This document shows, piece by piece, positions 46,767-58,327 of a stretch of 64,000 bases of DNA. The notes under the pieces are model-generated. The model ran no database searches, had not been told where the DNA came from, and worked only from the letters and a program-made list of their open reading frames with translations. Made by a program: the position numbers and the translations under genes. Origin of the DNA: Novakomyces olei (lineage: Eukaryota); assembly GCA_016906335.1 (NCBI GenBank), contig JADEYG010000007.1, positions 372,001-436,000 of the forward strand, read 5' to 3'. How positions within the stretch are numbered: the stretch's first letter is position 1; each line of letters opens with the position of its first letter.

Positions 46767-49702
46767 TTAAACATTGTACTGGGCTAAGCAATTCCGTGAT
46801 GGCTGGTCAAGGCACTGAACTAGCCTGTCCCAGTCAGAGTACATTGGCTTGAAGCCTTGCAAAATCTGGGAAAACATGTGCGCCAGTTCATTTGAGGGCT
46901 GTCGAAATAGAGTTACAGCTCTCACAAACCCGGGAAACAATGGCCCCAACGCCTGAGGGTTCTTTGATATCATGGCACAAAGGCCACGGAAAGCAGAGTC
47001 TTTCTCTTCATTATCACGGGTCTGCTGTAAATGCTGGAGAAATTGTGGGGCAAAAGCAGGCAGTTGAGGAGCAACAAGTTCCGGGCAGACCAAGCCCAGT
47101 CTGCCAATAGTAATAGCCGCATTCTCTAGCACAGAAGGTGGGCTTTTTTGGTTACGAATCAACGGAATAAGCCGCTCCAGCAAGGGAGGAACCCAGGTGG
47201 CCATGCCTCCACCTTCTTGCAAAGCTATTTCTCCAGTACACCAAACTGCATTGTTGCACACACTACTAGCATCGCGATCAAGAGTAAGCTCAGACACAAT
47301 AAAGGGCATAAACTGTGGGAGTAAAGGCTTCAACGTATGGAAAGTGTTCAATGAGATGTCTCCAACAAGAGCATAAGCCGACTGTCTTACATCTGCAACC
47401 TCGTCCTGAACACACATGGCAACTAGCTGCGTTAGAGGCGGATTCGTGCTTGCCACAAGTCTGTCAAGCTTCGAACCCAACCCTTGCAGTAAGCCGCTAA
47501 TCAAATCCAGCGCAGTCACCAGAAAATCTTTGTCTGGGAACTCCAGTTCAGGGTTTTGAGACGCTTCATGCGCCTGCTCGAGTGTAGATGCAATAATATG
47601 AACACACCGCTCGTATACAGGAGGAGCAAATTGCTCAAATCCGTTCCCAAGCGCTACAGTCACGGAAGAAAGGCACTTAATGCAAAATGGTTAGTATAAA
47701 GAAATGATAAATGATAATAACAGTAATAATAATTATGATAAATTCTTTTTCAATATAAAAGATAAACCAATTTGATAACGCGACTCAAACATACCTCCAG
47801 AAGGGGAAACAGCCCTCTATCATCATCAGCTAGAGTCTGCCATTTGGCGATAAGTGGTGGCAGTAAAATATCAATCAATGCTGGTTGATTGAGTGCCGGT
47901 CCGACACTGTCTGCTAAAGTCTGAACAGCGTCGTATAAAATCATGAGATTTTTCCTCTGGTATTTACCGAAAGCAGAAGACAATTGATGTGAAATTGGCT
48001 CTAGGAAGGGAATCAAAAGGCTGCCAGAAACCTCTTCAAAATTAGCAAAAGCACTGCAAGCAGCCTCTTGAACGCGCTTGTTATTATCCAATACTTCGCG
48101 CAGTAATCCCTGCATCATGGGAATGAAATATTTTTGATGACCCTCAGAGTTGATGGGGAACTCTACCGCCCATGGGGAATAACGGCCAATGCACCAACAT
48201 GTTATTTGCCGCACCAAAGGCTTGCGATCAGCAAGTAGACTAAGGAGATAGGGAATAAGGTCCGGTAAATACGGGCTAATTATGACCCTGCAGCCTTCAG
48301 CGAGTGCACCAAGAGCCAGCACAGCAGCCTCACGTATCTTCCAGTCTTGACTGACAAGATTGTCTCGCAGAAAGGGAATTGATATATTTATAATTTCATT
48401 GGAAAAATGATTAGACAGCACGTCAAACGTGGCAGCAGCACATTTACGAAAGTTCCACTCTGAATACAGATCATTGGCTTCGTCATCGTCATCATCGTCA
48501 TCATCTTCATCGTCATCGTCCTCATCAGGCTGTCCACCTTCACCATGGCTGTCACCACTGTTTTCCGTGGCCCCGCGAGTCTTTGCCTTTGCATGCTGAG
48601 GAGCAATATCCTCATCTCTATCTGCAACATTGCCATCATCATCGTCATCATCATCTCCGCCCAATACGATTGCATCCAAGTCGGAGTAAGGCATTCCCTC
48701 CAGTAATCGGGGTACTAGCTTGTCAAGATGCGGTTTTAATGTAGATCGTAGCTGCTTTTCATCCGCGACTGCTAAAAAGAATTCGCAGGCTTCAAGGGCG
48801 ACTTCTTCGTCCTGGTCGCGACTAGAGTATAGCATGTAATCCACCATTTGGTTCATTAGAGGTGCAACTTTATCGGGACGAATCTCTGCCAAGCTTACAA
48901 TTGCAGTACATACGTTTTTCCTTACTGCTGCATTCGTATCTGTTGCAAGCTGAGAAATAGTTGCAAAAAACTCGTCAATGTGGGCGAAAAAAGCGGGCGA
49001 ATTACACAAGATAAACTGTGTTGTACACGCAAGTGCATCTTGCCTTACCCGTGCGTGCGGATGTACAGCAAAAGTCAGCAATTTAGGCACCAAATACGCT
49101 GATGCCGGGCCTTGTAGCTGGTGACCAGTGCCAGGAATTGCTGCAGAAGCAGCTGGGTCTGGAGGTTGATCTAAATCTTTTGCTGCGTCTTCACAAATTT
49201 TGGCTAGTGCATTGAAGGCGCCTAGGACAGCTGCCTCGTCCGCGGAATCAATCATTTGCAACAGAGCGGGCAATAGACCGTGCCATGCAAATATTCCTGA
49301 AACGCTGACAATAGTGGTGACAATTGTTGCTGAAATGTTGCGTACATAAGACTCAGAGTCCCTTAAACCTTGCAGCGAGAGGTGTTGGACATAGTCCAGG
49401 TTGGCATTACCATTCCCGTTTATTTGATTAGCACGAATCGTATTCTTCAACAGCAATCCCGCTGCCTGTCGAATAGAAGCTTGGAAATTTGTGCCCAGCA
49501 CAAGCAGATAGATTAGAAAATTGTTTACATCTGGTACTTTTTTGGCCTCCTCCAGCGCCTAAAAAAGTGTTAGAAGGGTCAAACGCAGTGAAAAACTTAC
49601 GTGAAATGCTTGGATACGCAAGTCGTCCCGGTCCGACAGCGAGTGGCCAATAAGCTCAGCCAGCTGTGCCAGCGGTCCTGGCTCAGGTTGCCACGACGCC
49701 AT
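46767..49702 (-). CDS. KAP104: Transportin / importin beta-2
   Basis: Three exons. MASWQPEP, RQAAGLLLKN, VALEACEF, acidic H8 loop followed by WNFRKCAAATFD, NNKRVQEAACSA, ENAAITIGRLG. Confidence 0.95.
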
Positions 49703-50025
49703 AACTAGAATTTACCGGCCGGTCGAGTAAGTCGTTTACTAATCGCCGCCCGTAATGCAACTAATAACACATAAAATAAACCTGAACTGTGTGCTTGGCA
49801 CAGGATGCAGACGAATGACTTGTGGCTTTAGCTACGCAAAGTCGGCTCTTTGCGTGTCCAGATCCAAAGCACAACCTGCGTCCCCTGTGTCGACTCTCAG
49901 TAAATATCTGCAATATAGTTAATCGCGACTTTTTTCTAGTAGATTTTGATTATATGTGCACGTTTCATAGTACCATACACTCACTACCTTGCAGTATGCA
50001 TAAAAATATAGCAGATTGGGCCAGA

Positions 50026-50077
50026 ATATTTGCATACTTAATATTTGCATACTTAATATTTGCATACTTAATATTTG
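50026..50077. repeat. 15-bp tandem repeat (ATATTTGCATACTTA) x3.5
   Basis: Directly visible. Confidence 0.9.
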
Positions 50078-50502
50078 CTTTAACCTCTTTTTTTTTTTTA
50101 GCGGCGACCAAAATAATTTTTATTTTTAATTTTTATTTTTTTATCAAAGATTAAAATTTCATGGCTCTTAACCAACAAGTATTAGTCGTTTATCCATAAA
50201 TGTATGATAGATATTATGGGCAGCGCTGCATTGGCGTCGCCTCACATTGGTGCCGCCTTTAGCAATAACTGCCACCTATATATGCTGTATTGAAGGCACA
50301 AATGTATGTAGTTTTAAGCAGCAGCTCAAACCTCAATATTTGATTGTCCCTATTCTCTTGTACGCCGCGCTTGCACTGTTCATATCTCAGAACCATCCAC
50401 CCTGCTCAGCAAACAAAACTTCCATAAAAATTAGATAGATTCAAGCCTGGAAAATGCATGGCAATTTACTATACACAATACTCGAAAACACTAGACATCA
50501 AA

Positions 50503-51148
50503 CTATCTCATTGCATCCCGAGGCCGCAGCCAATCGGCATCATCCAACTCCATTGTCAAAAAAGGGTCAATCCCATGTGCGGGTTGAGAGTGTCTCGTCT
50601 TTGAAAGCTGGTGCAGCGCATGGCTCCTGTATCCCTCGGCTTGAACCGATTCTTGTGAGGAAGTAGGGTAAGCGTCCTCTCCATCGTCGCCATTGCCCAC
50701 AAGTATGTCAAAATTTGTTACCTGCTCCTCGGGAACATTCGCATCCTCTTGGTCCTCTTCATCCCTGTCGCGTGTTCGTTTTGAAGCAGTGCTTCTTTGT
50801 GCAAAAGGTGTCGGCTCCGGGGTAGGCGGTTTCTTGACCGGGAAGCCATCTTTGCCAATACCGTAGGTGGCGCCAAGAAGACTGGATCCACCGCCAGCTT
50901 TGCAATTTTGGTACCCCATTGTTACGGCTAGAGCAGTGTGTCAGTATTATAAATCTTTTAGGGGCTAGTACATTTACGGCTAAGGCTATATTAGTAGAGC
51001 TTCGATCAAACACTGTCACAACTTACATTCTCATTCCCAGGTGAAGCAGTGTCGCTTGCTCCTTGGCGTCGCCACTGCACGTTAACGCGCCAGACTCTAC
51101 GGGCCGAAATTGTAATCCTCCATAATTTCCGCGCTTCGATCCTGGCAT
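50503..51148 (-). CDS. Ribonucleotide reductase inhibitor Spd1/Dif1 family
   Basis: Exons 51148-51027, 50979-50972 and 50927-50503 give QATLLHLGMRIRKSVTMGYQ. C-terminal ELDDADWL. Confidence 0.8.
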
Positions 51149-51278
51149 GCTTTGCACTTTAACGGTCCACAGCAGACCGAGTTGCTGAGGTCCGTTTCCC
51201 GCGTCCTATACCGTCTTTTGCCGTGAGCTTGAGCAGACGCCTGTTGCCGCCCGTAGTGCCAGCCCCTTTAGGCGCACT

Positions 51279-51284
51279 ACGCGT
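51279..51284. promoter_or_regulatory. MCB element (ACGCGT) upstream of Spd1/Dif1-like gene
   Basis: Exact MluI box about 130 bp upstream of the ATG. Confidence 0.4.
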
Positions 51285-51721
51285 ACATCAATGTATGGCC
51301 AAGTTTTTGCTTAAACACAAAGATAATTAATATATTATACAAAAGATAACTTAAAATTTGGGTATATTATTATTATACTCACAAAACGTGGGAGCCTTCA
51401 CGCTTCTCAGCTGCTAATGTCGTACGTATAGTGTCGCATTATATGTAATAAATTTACGTATTATGTATTCAGTAGAGCTAATTTGATACATTGACTGTAC
51501 GTTTATTAAACGTGTCAACCTAAACATTTTATTTTTGTTAAACGTGTCAAAGCCAACGTGCAAAGGGCCACGACAAATCGCTAAGAAGGCCAATGTATCA
51601 GGTCTGATGAACATTAGCTGAAATCCGAGTGCAGTGTTTTGATTGTTCCTGATACATACTGTTTTTCATTCTGTGCTTTTAATTATACAGGCGACGGGTT
51701 CAAAGAGAGAGCTTTGGCATT

Positions 51722-54433
51722 ATGGTCATAAATGTATTTCGACATTTATTGACGTGTTTCGTAGTACTCCTTTTGGGCCAGGAGGTAGTATGCGCAGTGC
51801 TTGCTATTGATTATGGCACCGAATTTTACAAAGCGGCACTGGTTAAACCGGGAATTCCTTACGAGATTGTCCTGACAAAAGACTCTAAAAGAAAGGAAAC
51901 TTCTGCCGTTGGTTTCAAAGGCAGAGAGCGAGTCATTGGGAGCGATGCTTTAACGCTTTCAGCCAAAAATGCCCAGGATGCTTTTTTCGACTTGAAGCAG
52001 CTATTGGGTGTTGATTATGGGTCATCTGAAGCTCAAGAACAGTATAGTCTTACGTGGCCACGAACAGTGATGAGGCCAGATAGCAATTCAACGGCCATCG
52101 CCTTCCAGCTCTCAAATGGTGACACTTACTCTGTGCCAGAGCTGGTGGCTATGCAGCTGGAGGCGGCAAAAATTCAGGCGGAGCGTATGGCAGGCGAATC
52201 TGTTCGCGATACTGTTATAACTGTACCTTCTTACTTTCACGATACGCAGCGTCAAGCACTTGTAACAGCAGCAGAAATCGCGGGACTCAAGGTGCTTACT
52301 CTTGCTGATGATGGATTTAGCACCGCCATTAACTTTGCAATGTCACGGCAGTTTAGTGAAGACCCTGTTTACCATGTATTCTACGACATGGGAGCGGGCG
52401 GTACGTCAGCTACTCTTGTCCGATTTTGCACTAGTACAATCAAACAAAAATCCGTGAACTCTGTACGCGTTTTGGCATCCTCAGCCGACCCAGAATTAGG
52501 CGGAAATTTGTTAAACCGTCTTTTGCAGGCTCATATATTAGAGCAGTTCCGGGTCAAGCATAAAATTGATATTAAATCGGATGCTAGGGCACAGACAAAA
52601 GCGCTCAAGGAGGCCGCACGTATTAAACATATTCTCAGCGCTAATACGGAAGTGTTTGCGAGTATAGAAAGCTTCTATGATGACATTGATTTCAGATTGC
52701 GTGTTACCCGTCAAGAGTTTGATGCAATGATGGAGACAGTTCAAGTACAAGACAGGCTGCTCGAGCCGATTCGCGCAGTCACTGAGAAGATTACGCAAAT
52801 GGGAGGTGCTGCCGTAGAGTCTATTGTGCTGACAGGCGGCAGTATACGAGTACCTCTTGTTCAACGAATCTTGGAAGATTTTGCGGGCAGCGATAAGATC
52901 GCAAAAAGCATAAATGCGGATGAGTCTGCCGTTATGGGAGCAATCTTCCAGGGATCACGATTAAGCAATCAATTTCGAGTTCGGCCTATGGATGTGGAAG
53001 ACAGCGTTACTAATACGTACTCCGTAAATGATACTGTTGTATTTTTGCCGACCGATTCCAAAGGTTCCAGTCGAAATACTACAATTGCCGAATCAGCGGA
53101 AGCATCACTGGCTCATTTAGACTATGTAGTCTCCAAAAATGCTCTACCTATTCTGACACTGAGCTTACAGAATGTTTCAAACGTTTTGACTGATATGCGA
53201 ACAGCACACGACTGCCAGCCCTCAATAGTCGTGCAATCAAAGGTATCAGATGCTGGCCTTTTCTATATAGAAAAGGTCTTTGCCCGGTGCTATGTTGATG
53301 CGAAGCCGTCTTCGTTTGGAGATAAAGTGAAGAACCTTTTTGGCGGCGACAAAGCGGACAAAGCTGACAAAGCTGACAAAGCCGACAAAGCTGACAAAGC
53401 CGACAAAGCTGACAAAGCCGACAAAGCTGACAAAGCCGAAAAGGACGAGGCAAAGAGTCCGGCTGGTGAAGCAACTGAGACCAGTGTGTATCCCGAAACT
53501 CCTGTCACACAGTCGCCTGGCGAGCAGCCAACACCCGCGCCCAAAGCCGGCGTGAAGGAGGAGACGGTTGTCCCTATTGCCTTCAAAATTACGCGACACG
53601 ATCGCCAAGGCGAGACTAATACAGCTCTGAAAGCATCATTTAGGAAATTGCGGGAACTTCGTATTGAAGATAATAGCCGGATAGCGCGTGAGGAGGCACG
53701 AAACTCGTTAGAGTCGTACATTTACCGTGTATCGGGCTCAATTTCCGATAGCGATTTCACCACGTTTTGCACAAGAGCAGAATTAGAAAGGCTGAAACAG
53801 GCGGCCGACGACGCTAATGAATGGCTTTACGCTGAGGGCGTTACGGCTTCGTTGGCTGATATATCAAAGAAACGTGCGGAAATTTCTTTAGTGGAAAAAC
53901 CATTAAGAAGCCGTCAAATGGAACGTCGCGATGTCCCCTTTGAGGCTTTGGCACTACATACCTTTCTTGACTCTGTGCAGAATACTATTGAAGCCTACCA
54001 GTCTGGCTCACACGACCTACCTTTTGTCTACAACGTTTCAAAGTCTTTTGACCTGCAAAACATTGATCCAGACTTGCTATCTCTATTGAGCACACAGGCA
54101 AGGCAAGACCGTGAATGGTTTGAGGATATGGCGGAAAAGCATGATCGGCTCTCGTTGACCGAGGACCCAATTTTAAGGGTAAAGGATATACGGGCACGAA
54201 AGTCGGCGTTAGAAGCAATCTTTAAGAGGTTTGTTCTCTCCAAAAAGGCGCCGGCCAGCAAATCAGCATCAGCGTCAGATACTGCAAATAATGCAACGTC
54301 GACTGCTGCCACAGAGCAAACGAGAGAGTCCTCCAAGACAACAGAGCCGGTCCAATCTTCTGACCCAAGCGCGAGTGCCGAAGCCTCGGGATTACCAGAC
54401 ACGCAAGAACCATCAGGCCACGATGAGCTGTAG
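51722..54433 (+). CDS. LHS1: ER lumenal Hsp70/Grp170 nucleotide exchange factor
   Basis: Signal peptide, VLAIDYGTEFYK, LTKDSKRKE, YDMGAGGT, INADESAVMGA, ARNSLESYIY, C-terminal HDEL. Confidence 0.95.
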   Translation: MVINVFRHLLTCFVVLLLGQEVVCAVLAIDYGTEFYKAALVKPGIPYEIVLTKDSKRKETSAVGFKGRERVIGSDALTLSAKNAQDAFFDLKQLLGVDYGSSEAQEQYSLTWPRTVMRPDSNSTAIAFQLSNGDTYSVPELVAMQLEAAKIQAERMAGESVRDTVITVPSYFHDTQRQALVTAAEIAGLKVLTLADDGFSTAINFAMSRQFSEDPVYHVFYDMGAGGTSATLVRFCTSTIKQKSVNSVRVLASSADPELGGNLLNRLLQAHILEQFRVKHKIDIKSDARAQTKALKEAARIKHILSANTEVFASIESFYDDIDFRLRVTRQEFDAMMETVQVQDRLLEPIRAVTEKITQMGGAAVESIVLTGGSIRVPLVQRILEDFAGSDKIAKSINADESAVMGAIFQGSRLSNQFRVRPMDVEDSVTNTYSVNDTVVFLPTDSKGSSRNTTIAESAEASLAHLDYVVSKNALPILTLSLQNVSNVLTDMRTAHDCQPSIVVQSKVSDAGLFYIEKVFARCYVDAKPSSFGDKVKNLFGGDKADKADKADKADKADKADKADKADKADKAEKDEAKSPAGEATETSVYPETPVTQSPGEQPTPAPKAGVKEETVVPIAFKITRHDRQGETNTALKASFRKLRELRIEDNSRIAREEARNSLESYIYRVSGSISDSDFTTFCTRAELERLKQAADDANEWLYAEGVTASLADISKKRAEISLVEKPLRSRQMERRDVPFEALALHTFLDSVQNTIEAYQSGSHDLPFVYNVSKSFDLQNIDPDLLSLLSTQARQDREWFEDMAEKHDRLSLTEDPILRVKDIRARKSALEAIFKRFVLSKKAPASKSASASDTANNATSTAATEQTRESSKTTEPVQSSDPSASAEASGLPDTQEPSGHDEL
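53348..53438 (+). repeat. Coding 9-bp tandem repeat (GACAAAGCN)n = (DKA)x10 in LHS1
   Basis: Directly visible, with third-position variation. Confidence 0.95.
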
Positions 54434-55253
54434 CTGTTGGGGGAAGCTTGTTCAGCATTTGCCAGTGGCAGCATGTTTTCACCATAGTTTTATAATAGAT
54501 ACAAATTAGACAATTTTAAAAATTTGCTATTGACGAGAACCGCTGGTGTTTATACATTTTTTGTGTGGGTTATGGGGATTTGATTTTCTTTTCATTTGCT
54601 ATATAGTAAATTTGTTATAGACGTGAAGCTGTTGCTTTAAATCTTCACAAAGTTATTTGGAATACCTTGATATGGAGAAACTAAATTTCGTGAGTTTGCA
54701 ACGGCAAAAAGAGCTGGCAGCGGACATGCAATAAAACATTGGCAAGTATACCAATTTACCGTCTGGCCAACTGGATATGCATCAATTGAACAGCCAATGG
54801 CGACAAATACTAATACAAACCCTATTAGGATTAACTCTGTAATATTATGGTTAAGCCTTAATATGGTTAACCCTCTAATATCGCTCGAGCTCTCGTAATA
54901 ATTATAGGAAAAAAAATTCACTTTCGACTACAGCAAATATATTATTGAAGCATAATCGTTGGCGAATGCGCGCCGAGTCTTGATTTAGAAAATGACTAGG
55001 TCGCTGTTCACCTCAAAAGTAAAAGCGCAGTAAAGCCTCCGTCTTGCGTCAGTCTTGGCTAAAGCGAATTCTTATATTTTCATTACCAAATATGACGACG
55101 TACACCCGACAATACAAGCTTGACGTAATTTCATGAGCAAAATATATTGTAATACAATAAATTTATGTATCTTAATTCTGCCACCACAAGCGTTTATAGT
55201 CTTCCCCACAAGCTCCTTAAAGACCAATATCCTGATGCAAATATCCCGACGCA

Positions 55254-55520
55254 ATGGACTCTGAGAATCAGGAAGAGCTCCAGGAAGCCTTTTTCCTGTT
55301 CGACAAGGAACATAAAGGCCGGATAACGATGGACGATCTGAGAAGTGTCGCCTCGATGCTAAACGAGACAGTTGACGATCAGCTGCTTCAAGATATGATT
55401 GAAATTTCGGGAGCGTCGGCTAAAGATGGGCTGGATTTTGAGAGATTCTGTGAAATAATGAAGTAAGACGGCTTTATGCGTTGGCTGATTAGTTTAAGGA
55501 GCGCAAATATCGCCAAATAA
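55254..55520 (+). CDS. Small two-EF-hand protein resembling the centrin/calmodulin C-lobe
   Basis: ELQEAFFLFDKEHKGRITMDDLRSVASMLNE...LQDMI...LDFERFCEIMK. A short 3' intron gives ...KSANIAK*. Confidence 0.7.
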
Positions 55521-55735
55521 GGCATTCCAGCTACATTTGCAAATGTCTGGCGAGCTGGAAAGGATAAGAGCGTGGCTGTAAATATAAATGTGTGTGTATA
55601 CTATCATTTGTCATGGCAAGCCTGTATCATTAGTGCCACGATGTTTTCACTATTTTAAGTCAACGATCGCTAGCATAAAAGCGCTGTTTGATTCTTTACA
55701 ATGTCACTAATTTTACACACCAGTCTTTTCCAAAC

Positions 55736-55813
55736 ACCTAGTCTTTTCAATACCTAGTCTTTTCAATACCTAGTCTTTTCAATACCTAGTCTTTTCAATA
55801 TCTAGTCTTTTCA
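55736..55813. repeat. 16-bp tandem repeat (ACCTAGTCTTTTCAAT) x~5
   Basis: Directly visible between convergent genes. Confidence 0.9.
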
Positions 55814-55834
55814 ATTTCAAGTCATTCCAAAAAT

Positions 55835-56662
55835 TCAATCAAGGTTAGTGGCCCCTCGTACCCCCTTCAAGCAAGCGGCCTCGTTCCTCAAGGCCAGAAT
55901 ACACGCTTTATCCGTCTCGTGCATAGTCTCATGCACTTGAATCTTGGCCTTAAGCCGGGCAATTTCTTCATCGCGCTCCTGTAAAACAAGACGCAGTGAC
56001 TGTTTGCCTTTTGCATTTGCCGTTTGTGCCCGTTGAGCCGTAATTAACGCTCTATCCAGCTGGACTCGGACCTCCGCACCCAATCCAAACGTATCCAAAA
56101 CCCTTTTTATTTGCTGAAAATGATCACCCGTTACCCTTTGCCGAGTGGGCGACGTGGGTGGTGAGCGGTGGTGCCTTGACACGGGTGTTGGCAGCTGCAA
56201 ACCTGTGCCAGCAGAATAGGCATAGGCATCTAGTTTTTGTTTTTTTGGTGTCACTGGTTCAGACGCGTCTGAGCTCGACCATTCAAACTCCTCACCCTTT
56301 CCTTCCTCTCTATCGTTCCCCTTCCGCAGCGTATCATCACCGCTCGGATCGATGTTTTCTTGGCGCTTTACATCACTGTCGACTAGTGCATCGCTGCCCT
56401 TTGCCCTGTTTGCGTAGAGAGCACTCTCCCGGTTTTGTAGCGCTCGAGCCTCGCTCTCCCAGAGAAACAGGCGGCATCTGTCATGAGTGTCTAGGCGTTA
56501 GAGAGCAAACCCCAAAATCACTGTACCCCGCCCTCTCTGGCACGTATAGAAATATCGGCCCTTGTTCACACTATCGGCCTTTTTCACCATCAACAACACA
56601 GCCGGAAGCCGAGGTCGGCAGTCGCAGCGCCATTCTCCTTCCTCAAAGACGCCTTTGCTCAT
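55835..56662 (-). CDS. GRF-type zinc finger protein with C-terminal coiled coil
   Basis: ATG at 56662, then MSKGVFEEGEWRCDCRPRLPA...NKGRYFYTCQ, a 36-nt intron, ..CRLFLWE, and the frame continues into ORF 55835-56254. Confidence 0.8.
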
Positions 56663-56956
56663 GTACGTTACTCATGTACGTACGCGTGCCACATTAGTTG
56701 CTCATCCAAGGTTTAAGCGTTATTTGTTTATTCGTATAATAAAGCAGAAAGTAAGCAAAGTATAAGCGCAAAGTATAACCACAATTGGTCGTACATAATA
56801 TAATGTGTAGTAAGCTTACACATGAACACAGTCTTGAGTATACTGTGCGTGGAGGAGACATATATATAGAATTGCCCAATATAGAGGCTAATATACGTGC
56901 AAAAGTAGAGCAAAAAGCCTGCTGGACTGCGGGTTAGAGCTGGTTCGGACGTGCAA

Positions 56957-58176
56957 ATGGGCGCGTGTGAGCCCAAAAACGACGTTCCCGGTCAGTATAA
57001 CGTGGGAATACACGTCTTTGCCGTGTTTCTTATCCTTGGAGTATCTGTTTTTGGTAAGAAACGACGAGGCCGATATTGATGCTTTTGCCTGCCTGCCTTC
57101 TGACCCCGTGTAGCCGCATGTCTCCCGATTTTCGGGAAACGAGTACGCGCCGTTAGAGTATCGCACCACGGTATATTTTACGTGAAGCATTTCGGCACTG
57201 GAGTGCTTGTCGCGACCGCCTTTGTACATGTAAGAAGCCTGAACGAACGAACAAACAAACAAACAGACGAATGATCATTTGCTTATTTACCCTTTCTAGC
57301 TCTTACCGACGGCCTTTATAAACTTGACGAATCCGTGTTTACCACACTTTTGGACTACAACTTACCCGCCAATGCCGGGACTGATTGCCATGCTCGGTGT
57401 CTTCTCCATAGCTGTCGTGGAAATGGTTTGCAATCAAGGACAGCCTCATATCCACGGGCTCGTGGAAGACAAAACCGCGCACTCCAGCTATGAGTATAGC
57501 ATTCTGGGCAATGAGAGCGATACTGCTCTGCCCGCCAATATTGCGTCTACGAGCAGAAATGGCCGGGAAGAGGAAGATGAGGCTCGACTGCAAAAGGAAA
57601 TCATTAATGTTACTCTTCTTGAGGCTGGAATCCTGTTTCATAGCGTTTTTGTCGGCATGTCTCTCTCAGTGACAACTGGACCCGCGTTCGTAACACTCTT
57701 GATTGCTTTAACTCTACATCAGTTCTTTGAAGGGCTGGGGTTGGGATCTCGAATCGGTGAGATCAGCTTTCCTCACAAGTCTTTGCGTCCTTGGATAATG
57801 TGTATCGGCTACGGTATCAGCACTCCGTTTGGGCAGGTTGTAGGATTGTTGACGCGGAGATTGTACGATCCGGGTTCCGCGTCGAGTCTTATTCTTGTTG
57901 GTAAGTACAATCCAAGGCTTTTGTTTTCTCGTTCCATCCTTGATAAATTTATCGCCCACATTTGCACTTGTGTTTGAAACCGAGTCTAATACAGCAGGTG
58001 TTATGAACGCTATCAGTGCCGGTTTACTCCTATACTCCAGTCTGGTCGAACTGTTGGCCGAAGATTTCTTGTCGCCTCATAGCTACGAAGTCCTGCAGGG
58101 GAATCTTCGATGGAAAGCTTGTGGCATGGTGGCGTTTGGCGCTTTTTCTATGGCTCTTGTTGGTGCATTTGCATAA
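56957..58176 (+). CDS. ZIP-family zinc/iron transporter (Zrt-like)
   Basis: Four exons. KHFGTGVLVATAFVHLL, LEAGILFHSVFVG, HQFFEGLGLG, SAGLLLYSSLVELLAEDF. Confidence 0.92.
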
Positions 58177-58327
58177 GGTGGGATAAATATTAATACAGTT
58201 GTGGTAGAGTCTGAGCATGCTGCTTACGACGGCACAAGGTTTGAGAAAATAATTTAATACAAAAGTAATTGAGCGGTCAAAATTAAATCGCCGATATTAC
58301 CATAAAATTGTAGACGCGCTCTATCCT

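Noticed and set aside
54637-55133. Possible small spliced gene on the minus strand
   Set aside because: Splice-like signals exist, but I could not assemble a coherent start-to-stop ORF or recognise any homology.
55736-55813. CRISPR-like array (also 50026-50077 and 9951-10008)
   Set aside because: Head-to-tail tandem repeats without spacers, in a eukaryotic context with no cas genes.
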